Positions 51,755-64,000 of a stretch of 64,000 bases of DNA are shown one piece after another. The stretch lies in assembly GCA_964016885.1 (NCBI GenBank), contig OZ024759.1, forward strand, positions 3,038,001-3,102,000, in the 5' to 3' direction. This stretch comes from Eledone cirrhosa. Lineage: Eukaryota. Within the stretch, counting starts at the first letter, position 1. Each line of letters starts with the position of its first letter. Below the pieces are notes generated by a model. That model was not told the DNA's origin and did not search any database. It saw nothing but the letters and a program-made list of their open reading frames with translations. The position numbers were made by a program, and so were the translations under genes.

Positions 51755-54700
51755 TAAAAGAATAGAGGTGTAACACACGAGTTATGATATATTGGTAAAA
51801 GGAAAAGAAAATGCTGACAAATTGTTCCCAGTGAAAAATAGTTTAATTAGGAATAAGTAAAAATTAGTAATAGTATTGGTTAGTATTCAGTTTTGGTTTT
51901 AAGTTTTACCGGTTGCGCATTTCTAATGCTTTTCAAAAATAACTTTGAGATAGAGCGCCCGTGATGTTTGCTCTAATCTGATTAGTTTTGGAAATTCTAC
52001 CTATTTTATGTAAAAAAAGTGGCTCCAGATGTATGAAAAAATTCTTGTGGCCAAAACAATTTTGATTGGTCGGTAGAGGTCATGTGAATGTTAAAAATTG
52101 ATTTTGCGCCAAATGTAGGTTGTCTCGGCTGATTGAGAAGTCACTGAAAAATAAGTCTTTCAAGACAAATATGTGTGTAGTAGTAGTAAAGAGGTTCGTT
52201 GTTGTGATAATGGTCAGCAGGGATGTGTGTGCGAACCGCAGCCTGTTGACAGTTCAAATGCCTATTAACACAAGTGTGTGTGTGTGTGTAGCAGAGTAAT
52301 TCGTGGTAGAGGGATAGTCAGTAGGAATGTGTCTGTACGTGTGTGGGGGATATTTTAACATGTTAAAAGATATTTTTCAGCTCTTGTCTTATACGGAGAA
52401 GTGTGTGTGTGTGTGTATATGTCTCTTTGTATGTTAATGTACGCATGTGTATGTGTGTGTGTATATATGTGTGTGTGTGTGTGAGAGAGAGAATGTGTGT
52501 GTGTGTGTGGGTGGACCAGTATTTTTGTGATACTGGTAAAAATGGTGTACATTATTCGATATTTTCAGTAAAAACGATTCTCTCAATAGAACTTCAAAAA
52601 CCTTAATAATAAAAGGGGTGAAATGATGTATAGTTTTGTCATAACACCAAGGTGTGTGTGAGTGTCCAGATTGTATGTACTGCAAGGGCCCTGCCGTATG
52701 GGAATACTTATGTACAAATATGTATGTGCCCATCAGTCTGCAATGCATGTGTGCGTATATGTATGTGTGTGTGTCGGCATGTTTATATCTATAGACATCA
52801 AAAGGTATGCAAATTTGTGTATATTTGTGTTGCACCATTGAACATGGGTGTTTACGTATGTCATTGTGTTTATATGTGGATAGAGATGTATGTTGACGTG
52901 TGTATGTTGTGGGTTCGTCTTAGGGAGAAGTGTTTAGACGGGGTCCGTATTTGTTAATAAAGTGAGATTCCTTGCTGATGCGCTGGGTGTGGGTGGCATT
53001 ATCTTTAAATTTGTAGAGGGGAAAGATTCTGAAGTTGGGATGATTTTGGGCGGTACAGGAATCAATGTGTTCACTCAGTGGTATTTTCCTGTATTCCCGT
53101 ATTTTAATTTGGGATCTATGGACAGTCGTGCGTTGGCGGAGGCTGTTTTTGGTCTGGCCTATGTATTGTTCTCGACAACCTGAGCAAGTTAATACATATA
53201 TTAGATTTTCTGATGCGCATGTGAAATTGTGTTTTACTATAAAACGTTGTCCTTCTTTGAAATAGAATTCCGAACCCTCTATTAGGTTGATGCATATGCC
53301 ACAGTTGGGTCTATCGCATTTTTTTACTGTGGGTTTCGTTGTTGTGGTTGGCAGTACATTGGCGTGTGTTAGGATGTTTTTCATTGACTTAGATTGTCTT
53401 TTGCTCTTTATGATATCGTGTGTTCGTAGGATTTGGTTCATTCTATGGTCCTTTTTCAACACAGGGATGTTCTGGAGGATGGTGTCAAAGGCCTCATTGT
53501 TGAGGAGGTTGTGTGTGGAGATGTATGGAAGAGCTTTTAGTTTCGGTTGATTTACTTTAGGGTGTCTAAGGTCCTGGGTACTGAGTTTTGGGGCACGTTG
53601 GATTCCATTGTCAATTAGTGATGCAGGGTAGTCCCTGCCTATGAGTGTGTCCTTTAGTTCTTGTAGCCGTAAGTAGCAGGTGTTTTTATTGGAGACTATA
53701 GTACAGATTCTCTTGGCTAAGTTGTAGGGAATATTAATTTTAACGTGTCTAGGGTGGCAAGAGTTGAAAGGAAGATATTGCTTGGAGTCTGTGGGCTTGT
53801 AGTATATGTCTGTCTCTGTTTTTTTGTTATGGATCTTAATGAGGATGTCGAGGAAGGGGAGTTGTTGGTGGCTGTATTCCATCGTGAAGTTAATATTCAT
53901 GTTGAGCCCATTTATAAGGGTGTGAAATTCTTTATGTTTCTCAATGTTTTCGTGCCAAAAAATGAAGCAGTCATCTAGATATCGCTTCCAGTTCCTTTCT
54001 ATGTGTAAGTGGAGAGTGTTTCAAAATTTGTTTAGTACTTTAGTGTAGAGTGTGATTTCCAGGTATCCCATGACTAGGTTGGCATAAGTGGGGGCTGTTT
54101 TCGTTCCCATAGCGGTACCAGATTTCTGCCTGTAGGGTTTGTTATTGAAAACGAAGTAATTGTTCTCCAAGATAAATTTGAGTCCCTCTATCACAAATTC
54201 TTTTTTGATGTGTTGTGGGAGTTCATTGTGGTAATTATCCAGCCAGAATTGGATAGCTTCTATTCCTAGGTTGTGAGGGCTGTTGGAGTATAGGTTAACT
54301 ACATCGAACGTCACTAGTAGGGTTTGTTCAGAAAGGGGCATATTAGGGAGGTGGTTGAGCATATCTAGGTCGTCTCTTATATAGCTTTTGATGTGTTTGA
54401 GAAAAGGCTTGAGAAGGGTATCAATGAAGTTGCTAAGGCGGTGGGTTTCGCAAGCGGGGCCTGCTATTATAGGTCTTAATTTGAGATCATTGGATGAGGG
54501 GACATTGATGACTATGTCTGTGGCTTCCTTGCATGCCTTACTTATTAATTCGCTTTTATGTACTTTAGTGATACCGTAGAAAAGGCTGGATTTACTTGTG
54601 AAGTCTGTGATGAAGCTGAATTCCTTGTTAGTGAGTCCTTCTTTGTATTGGTTGATCAGAGTTTTTAGGTTTCTCATAATTTTCTGTTGATTGTAGTGTT

Positions 54701-54979
54701 CAGCCTTTTCGTAGTATGTTTCGTTTTCCAAAGTGGAGAGCGCTAAGTTGATATAGAATTCTGTCTCCATTAGGACTACTGTACTCCCTTTATCAGCCTC
54801 TTTAATTGTAATGGTTCTGTCGGTTTTTAATCTATTTAATTCTTCCCATTCTTTCTTGTTGAGGTTTGGCTTGTGTTTTTGTCTGTGCAAGTGTTGGTAA
54901 GGGAAGTTTGTGATGTGTTCACAGAATTCGTCCAGGATTTTATTTCTACCTTTTGATGGGGTGTAATTGCTTCTATTTC
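51755..54979 (-). mobile_element. Penelope-like element (Neptune-like): RT, Cys linker and GIY-YIG endonuclease, frameshifted, with long 3' non-coding region
   Basis: LRPIIAG, FDVVNLY, QKSGTAMG, WKRYLDD (~53970-53995), LPFLD, CDRPNCGIC, NLIYVLTCSGCREQYIGQT...R...H. ORFs 54021..54998 and 52920..53900. Confidence 0.92.
51902..51944 (-). ncRNA. Degenerate hammerhead motif at the 3' end of the Penelope-like element
   Basis: ttt-TTGAAAA-gcat tagaa atgc-GCAAC-cg-GTA-aaa. U3-A8 core; GAAA is mutated to GCAA. Confidence 0.5.
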
Positions 54980-55055
54980 TACTTTGCATTTGGGACATAA
55001 AATGGAGTTTCTGCCTACTCCTTTCCTACACACTGAGCATGGCCATTTCCCAGAT
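54980..55055 (-). mobile_element. 76-bp RTE fragment fused to the 5' end of the Penelope-like element
   Basis: Near-identical to 50288-50362 (SGKWPCSVCRKGVGRNSILCPKCK). Confidence 0.85.
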
Positions 55056-55199
55056 TTTTTATATTGTTAATTATGCTAATTAGAAGAAGAAATAGTATAT
55101 ATTTTATCTGATGATTCTAAAGACATGATTTATGATATATTGCTCTGATTTTTTAATTTATTAATTCTTCATAGAGCTTAAAAGTGACCAGGTGCAACG

Positions 55200-57105
<1,906 letters not shown>

Positions 57106-57177
57106 CATTATGAAGAGAGAAGAAACATTTAGATATAATTAGTAATAAAATGTATCATACCTAAACTGTTCCTAAAT

Positions 57178-57265
57178 TCCTCGACTACGTAGTTTCGTGG
57201 CATAAACAAAAACAATATATCAAAGATATAGAGTCCTTGCGAGGTCTGCCGACTTATCAAGAGGA
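57178..57265 (-). ncRNA. Type I hammerhead ribozyme, U3-A8 variant, unit 1
   Basis: tcctc-TTGATAA-gt(c)ggca...tgccac-GAAAC-tacgta-GTC-gagga. Predicted cleavage between 57183 and 57182. Confidence 0.78.
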
Positions 57266-57768
57266 TACCTCATTTTACTAGTCTCAAGAACGCGTCTACA
57301 CGACGTGAGAAAGAATCCCAAAAGGCGGAGGGGGAGACAGTCACGCGATATAACGGTCGAGAAACAGAGCTAAGCCTCTTATAACCACGAAGAAAATACC
57401 ACGGAGGCGGAGGGGGTATTCATATCGAGGCCGTAGAAGAGGTAGTGAAGAAGGCGAGAAGTATGAGTAATGGAAGCTTTCCAGTTGTCCCCACACTTCA
57501 AAGATTGCTCGACCAGAGGGAGTTATTAATATATTTAGAAACACACAGATACATGCGGACACACACATATATACATGAATGCATCCGCACCCAACTGTGA
57601 GTTAAGGGTGCCAACTTCACCGATGTTGCTCAATGAATGACTGGGACAGACCAATTCAGTTTGAACCAGACTGAACCAGTATCAGAGTTAAAAATACATT
57701 ATGAAGAGAGAAGAAACATTTAGATATAATTAGTAATAAAATGTATCATACCTAAACTGTTCCTAAAT

Positions 57769-57856
57769 TCCTCGACTACGTAGTTTCGTGGCATAAACAA
57801 AAACAATATATCAAAGATATAGAGTCCTTGCGAGGTCTGCCGACTTATCAAGAGGA
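57769..57856 (-). ncRNA. Type I hammerhead ribozyme, unit 2
   Basis: Same motif, +591. Confidence 0.78.
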
Positions 57857-58359
57857 TACCTCATTTTACTAGTCTCAAGAACGCGTCTACACGACGTGAG
57901 AAAGAATCCCAAAAGGCCGAGGGGGAGACAGTCACGCGATATAACGGTCGAGAAACAGAGCTAAGCCTCTTATAACCACGAAGAAAATACCACGGAGGCG
58001 GAGGGGGTATTCATATCGAGGCCGTAGAAGAGGTAGTGAAGAAGGCGAGAAGTATGAGTAATGGAAGCTTTCCAGTTGTCCCCACACTTCAAAGATTGCT
58101 CGACCAGAGGGAGTTATTAATATATTTAGAAACACACAGATACATGCGGACACACACATATATACATGAATGCATCCGCACCCAACTGTGAGTTAAGGGT
58201 GCCAACTTCACCGATGTTGCTCAATGAATGACTGGGACAGACCAATTCAGTTTGAACCAGACTGAACCAGTATCAGAGTTAAAAATACATTATGAAGAGA
58301 GAAGAAACATTTAGATATAATTAGTAATAAAATGTATCATACCTAAACTGTTCCTAAAT

Positions 58360-58447
58360 TCCTCGACTACGTAGTTTCGTGGCATAAATAAAAACAATAT
58401 ATCAAAGATATAGAGTCCTTGCGAGGTCTGCCGACTTATCAAGAGGA
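58360..58447 (-). ncRNA. Type I hammerhead ribozyme, unit 3
   Basis: Same motif, +1182; one substitution in the stem II insert. Confidence 0.78.
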
Positions 58448-58950
58448 TACCTCATTTTACTAGTCTCAAGAACGCGTCTACACGACGTGAGAAAGAATCC
58501 CAAAAGGCGGAGGGGGAGACAGTCACGCGATATAACGGTCGAGAAACAGAGCTAAGCCTCTTATAACCACGAAGAAAATACCACGGAGGCGGAGGGGGTA
58601 TTCATGTCGAGGCCGTAGAAGAGGTAGTGAAGAAGGCGAGAAGTATGAGTAATGGAAGCTTTCCAGTTGTCCCCACACTTCAAAGATTGCTCGACCAGAG
58701 GGAGTTATTAATATATTTAGAAACACACAGATACATGCGGACACACACATATATACATGAATGCATCCGCACCCAACTGTGAGTTAAGGGTGCCAACTTC
58801 ACCGATGTTGCTCAATGAATGACTGGGACAGACCAATTCAGTTTGAACCAGACTGAACCAGTATCAGAGTTAAAAATACATTATGAAGAGAGAAGAAACA
58901 TTTAGATATAATTAGTAATAAAATGTATCATACCTAAACTGTTCCTAAAT

Positions 58951-59038
58951 TCCTCGACTACGTAGTTTCGTGGCATAAACAAAAACAATATATCAAAGAT
59001 ATAGAGTCCTTGCGAGGTCTGCCGACTTATCAAGAGGA
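58951..59038 (-). ncRNA. Type I hammerhead ribozyme, unit 4
   Basis: Same motif, +1773. Confidence 0.78.
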
Positions 59039-59541
59039 TACCTCATTTTACTAGTCTCAAGAACGCGTCTACACGACGTGAGAAAGAATCCCAAAAGGCG
59101 GAGGGGGAGACAGTCACGCGATATAACGGTCGAGAAACAGAGCTAAGCCTCTTATAACCACGAAGAAAATACCACGGAGGCGGAGGGGGTATTCATATCG
59201 AGGCCGTAGAAGAGGTAGTGAAGAAGGCGAGAAGTATGAGTAATGGAAGCTTTCCAGTTGTCCCCACACTTCAAAGATTGCTCGACCAGAGGGAGTTATT
59301 AATATATTTAGAAACACACAGATACATGCGGACACACACATATATACATGAATGCATCCGCACCCAACTGTGAGTGAAGGGTGCCAACTTCACCGATGTT
59401 GCTCAATGAATGACTGGGACAGACCAATTCAGTTTGAACCAGACTGAACCAGTATCAGAGTTAAAAATACATTATGAAGAGAGAAGAAACATTTAGATAT
59501 AATTAGTAATAAAATGTATCATACCTAAACTGTTCCTAAAT

Positions 59542-59629
59542 TCCTCGACTACGTAGTTTCGTGGCATAAACAAAAACAATATATCAAAGATATAGAGTCC
59601 TTGCGAGGTCTGCCGACTTATCAAGAGGA
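59542..59629 (-). ncRNA. Type I hammerhead ribozyme, unit 5
   Basis: Same motif, +2364. Confidence 0.78.
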
Positions 59630-59983
59630 TACCTCATTTTACTAGTCTCAAGAACGCGTCTACACGACGTGAGAAAGAATCCCAAAAGGCGGAGGGGGAG
59701 ACAGTCACGCGATATAACGGTCGAGAAACAGAGCTAAGCCTCTTATAACCACGAAGAAAATACCACGGAGGCGGAGGGGGTATTCATATCGAGGCCGTAG
59801 AAGAGGTAGTGAAGAAGGCGAGAAGTATGAGTAATGGAAGCTTTCCAGTTGTCCCCACACTTCAAAGATTGCTCGACCAGAGGGAGTTATTAATATATTT
59901 AGAAACACACCCTTAACTCACAGTTGGGTGCGGATGCATTCATGTATATATGTGTGTGTCCGCATGTATCTGTGTGTTTCTAA

Positions 59984-60027
<44 letters not shown>

Positions 60028-60028
60028 T

Positions 60029-61135
60029 ATCATCATCATCATCACCGTTTTACGTCCGTTCTTCCATGTTAGCATGGGTTAGACGGGTTGTCCTGTTGTG
60101 GGCAGTGTCTGGTCGGCTGACTATGCCTTGCTCATACAGGGACTGATTTGGCTTGATTTTTACAGCTGGATGCCCTTCCTAACACCAACTCATTTACAGT
60201 GAGTTCTGGGTGCTTTTTCGTGACGCCTACACGTCCACTTTACAGTGTGGGCTGGGTGCTTTTTTGCCGTGGCACCTCCACGAACTCCTGGCGGTGGGGG
60301 TGTGGGGGCATATTGTCTATATGCTTCAGCTTGTACCCATGGGAGGTCGGGTACTCTGTATTACTGCGTGACGCCAGAGGTCACGGTCGTGTGTCATTGC
60401 CTTTGAGAGGTGTAATTGGGTAAGATCGGCTTTTATCATCTCATCCCAGGTCATCTTGGGTCTCCCCACTCCGCGGTTTCCATCGACTTCTAGTGCTGTG
60501 CACCTTTTTATCCAGCTGTCATCCTTCATGCGCATCACATGTCCATACCAGCGCAACCGCCTCTCCTGCACACAGCATTTGATTCCTCTTATGCTCAGTC
60601 TCTCTCTCAATTCATTTATGCTTTGTCGTTCACGTATATTACTGTTACACATCCATCGGAGCATGCAGGCTTCGTTTCTCTCTAATCTACGTAAGTCTTC
60701 CACCTTCAGCGCCCAGGTCTCACTACCATGCAACATCGCTGTTCGGATACACGCATCATACAGTCTGCCTTTCATTCTGAGGGAGAAGCCTTTTGCATCT
60801 AGCAGTGGTAGTAGTTCCCTAAAATTCTTCCATCCCGTTCTTACCCTAGTTATTGTACTTTCTGAACACCCACCTCCGCTGCTAATTCGGTCACCTAGGT
60901 AGCAGAAGCTGTCTACTGTTTCTACAGAGCCCACCAGATTACAGCACGTGGAACTCTGTCAAAGGCTTTCTCAAGGTTGACAAATGCCAAGTAGAGTGGC
61001 TTACTTTTAGCTAGGTACTTTTCCTGTAACTGCCTCACAAGGAAGAGAGCATCAGTAGTGCCTCTTCCTGGTACAAACCCAAATTGCATCTCGTCTATTT
61101 TCACCCGGTCCCTAATCAACCTCTATAGTTTCCTC
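60029..61135 (-). mobile_element. RTE LINE copy (subfamily of 46046-49122) with internal deletions
   Basis: Highly similar 3' UTR and C-terminal ORF (60326..60934). At ~60927 it jumps from the equivalent of ~46950 to ~47530. Confidence 0.93.
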
Positions 61136-61304
<169 letters not shown>

Positions 61305-61338
61305 TATAATAATCAAAGAACTGTTCAAAACATTTTTA

Positions 61339-61385
61339 TGCTTACAACTGTTTCCTCCAAACCAAGGTTTGGATTCTTCGGAGCA
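61339..61385 (-). ncRNA. Type I hammerhead ribozyme, U4C variant (inverted copy)
   Basis: Reverse complement of 62070-62116, with one change in loop II. Confidence 0.72.
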
Positions 61386-62069
61386 ATTTATTATTGAATG
61401 AACACTTATATGACCTCCTTTTCACCCAAGAGACATACAGATACATATGCAAATATTGTGGGTCAACATTCATTATAGCATTTATAGTGGCAGTACACAC
61501 TTAGAGATTACATTCATATTAAAAGATACAATCAAAAATACAGGTTAAAATATAACATGAAATTAAGCGGTTATATAGTGCAAAGGTTGTATGTGTGGCA
61601 AGCACGTGCGTCTTGTTTATATAGTGTGGCAGAGAGTTACGTGTAGTAGAAGCACTTATGCAGGCAATCGAGAGTGTTAAGGTTGTTGATCTGGTGATGA
61701 ATTCTTTATATGATTGTTATAGTCTGTGTGTGGAGAAATAATATAAGTATTAAAAATAGTGCAAGCATTAAAAATATTGGAAATGTGTAGCGAAGTGATG
61801 ATACGGGTTTCATGCACTGCGACATTTTCATAGTCTGGGGAGCGTATTTTTCAGATTATATGCCCCTCACATAATCCACGACGATTCGATATTGGGCGTT
61901 TGACAATCCAGTTAGAGAATCGTATTCTGATGGTCTATAGCTCAATACAGGAGGATGTTAAGTTGCGAGAATTGACATCGAAAAAAAATTGACCCACAAT
62001 ATTTGCATATGTATCTGTATGGCTCTTGGGTGAAAAGGAGGTCATATAAGTGTTCATTCAATAATAAAT

Positions 62070-62116
62070 TGCTCCGAAGAATCCAAACCTAGGTTTGGAG
62101 GAAACAGTTGTAAGCA
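62070..62116 (+). ncRNA. Type I hammerhead ribozyme, U4C variant
   Basis: tgct-CCGAAGA-a tccaaacc ta ggtttgga g-GAAAC-agtt-GTA-agca. Confidence 0.75.
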
Positions 62117-62320
62117 TAAAAATGTTTTGAACAGTTCTTTGATTATTATAATTCATATAACTGCTCTGTAAATCATCTGATGTTTTTGCATTGAGCTATT
62201 TAACTTACTGGTAATAAGGTAGTAATATATTACTGCCTACCACTATTTAGGGTTTATAAAAATATATATAACTGCAAAAGGTTTTTGTATTTGCATAACC
62301 ATAAATAGTATAAATAATAC

Positions 62321-62680
<360 letters not shown>

Positions 62681-64000
62681 AACATTTCAGGTTATCAATA
62701 ATGTAGTGATAATATATCGTCACGTTAGAGATGAACAGCGTACGTGTAGGTTTGCGAGTATAAATTATATTCCGGAGAAAATGTAGAAAAGATGAATAAA
62801 AAATGAAAGTGCTTTTTTAAAAAGGAATTTATTAGGTATTGACATATGTTTCTGTAACAGACGGAATACCTATGTATCGCTGCTTGCGTAATCATATAAT
62901 GTTAGCAAGTATTCGATAGCAAATGTATAATCAGTTGTCACTTCTTCAGAGATATTGGATAAATTGGAAAAAATCAGAAAAATTGAAGTATTTATATTAG
63001 TTGTAAGAAAGGAAGAGAGGGGATAGTATATGACAGATGGCAATTCAATTTACTGGTAAACAAGTATATAAAGGGTTTCTAATGAGATTACAATGAATAT
63101 ATGGTTTATTTTATCTAAATATAACCGCAAAGAGGTTAATTTCCTTGATGTTACTTTGAATCTCAATACAGAAACGATTAAACCGTTCCATAAACTAAAT
63201 GAGAACCTTAAATATGTAAATACCGGTTCTAACCATCCACCCTCTATAATTAAATCCATCCCTAGAAATATTTCCCTTAGAATCTCGCGCCTGTCGTCCA
63301 ACCAGCAAACCTTCAAAGAACATGCCGAATATTATGATGATGCACTTAGGAAGGCTGGACACCTAGATAATATAGAGTATATAGTCAAAGATCACCAAAA
63401 CACCCAAAATAAATCTCATAGAGGTAGAAATAGCATAGAATCACCACCATACATACACTACCGCAATAGACACACTAATAGTCGCACACCACCAAACAGA
63501 AGGCGATGTAAGGAGTATATTTGGTACAACCCGGTCTATAACAACTCTATTATAACCAATCTACCCTCACAATTCTTTCGATTAGTTAAAAAAACACTTT
63601 CCAACATCACATAAATATAATAAAATCTTAAACCCTAACACTATTCGACTTTCATATTCAACCGCCCCTAATATTGAACAACATATAAAAAAGCTTAACG
63701 CAAAACGGTTGTATAAACGCCTTCCAACACATAACAATACACGTAAAACATCGGCTATAACATCACAAAACAACAAACAACATCTCGTCCTGCCTAAGCA
63801 ACCTCATCAACCCATCCATGCCAATACAACAACGCAATATTATAACTGTAACTGTGTCCAACCAGGAATGTGTCCGTTGAACAATCAGTGTCTTGAACGC
63901 AACATCATATACAAATGTACTATCGAATCAGATAGCCAGAAGTGGTACTATGTGGGGTCTACAGCCACCTCCTTCAAATCTCGCCTTTATAGACATCGTT
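62681..64000 (+). mobile_element. Penelope-like element (Naiad-like), 5'-truncated with an inverted terminal repeat upstream; runs off the window
   Basis: VNFLDVTL, SNHPPSIIKSIP, IWYNP, RLSYS, linker CNCVQPGMCPLNNQC, start of GIY-YIG (NIIYKC...YVGST..FKSRLYRH). Clade label is from recalled motif spacing. Confidence 0.85.
62837..62954 (-). ncRNA. Type I hammerhead motif with long stem II insert, in the inverted pLTR
   Basis: tatct-CTGAAGA-a gtgaca...tgttac a-GAAAC-atat-GTC-aata. Palindromic ACATATGT at stem III; stem I imperfect. Confidence 0.62.

Larger units (their letters stand above)
57103..59991 (-). mobile_element. 591-bp tandem array (4.75 units) with one hammerhead per unit and a terminal inversion; retrozyme-like or tandem Penelope pLTR
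   Basis: Units start at 57103, 57694, 58285, 58876 and 59467; four private substitutions seen. 59911-59991 is an inverted copy of unit segment 57527-57607. Confidence 0.85.

Noticed and set aside
55105-55135. CTGATGA hammerhead core
   Set aside because: No downstream GAAA and no pairing stems.
57341-59908. 75-aa ORF repeated in each 591-bp unit
   Set aside because: No recognisable motif, starts in a CA/TG-rich patch, and its conservation only reflects unit identity. Not excluded, but unsupported.

Overview
Eukaryotic, AT-rich, repeat-dominated DNA. The SINE/RTE/Penelope mix and long (TA)n tracts suggest a cephalopod (octopus-like) genome, which is an inference. Bases 1-~30,170 are one 30-bp satellite array (six 5-bp subunits) with nested higher-order duplications; its long ORFs are artefacts. 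The only recognisable host gene, missed by the ORF track, is a three-exon minus-strand gene for mitochondrial ATP synthase subunit epsilon (ATP5F1E-like, 61 aa, CDS 38636-31891), ending about 1.6 kb from the satellite. The rest is RTE and CR1 LINE fragments (one with an unbroken ORF carrying a PHD-like finger), tRNA-derived SINEs, a Helitron fragment, MITEs, two Penelope-like elements and microsatellites. The most striking signal is RNA-level: 14 type I hammerhead ribozyme motifs of eight sequence types, folded by eye. Five lie in a near-identical 591-bp tandem array (57103-59910), one per unit, with a U3-A8 core, an expanded stem II and a palindromic stem III, capped by a terminal inversion. 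This is a candidate retrozyme/circular-RNA element mobilised by Penelope-like machinery. Ribozyme activity and novelty cannot be established from sequence alone.
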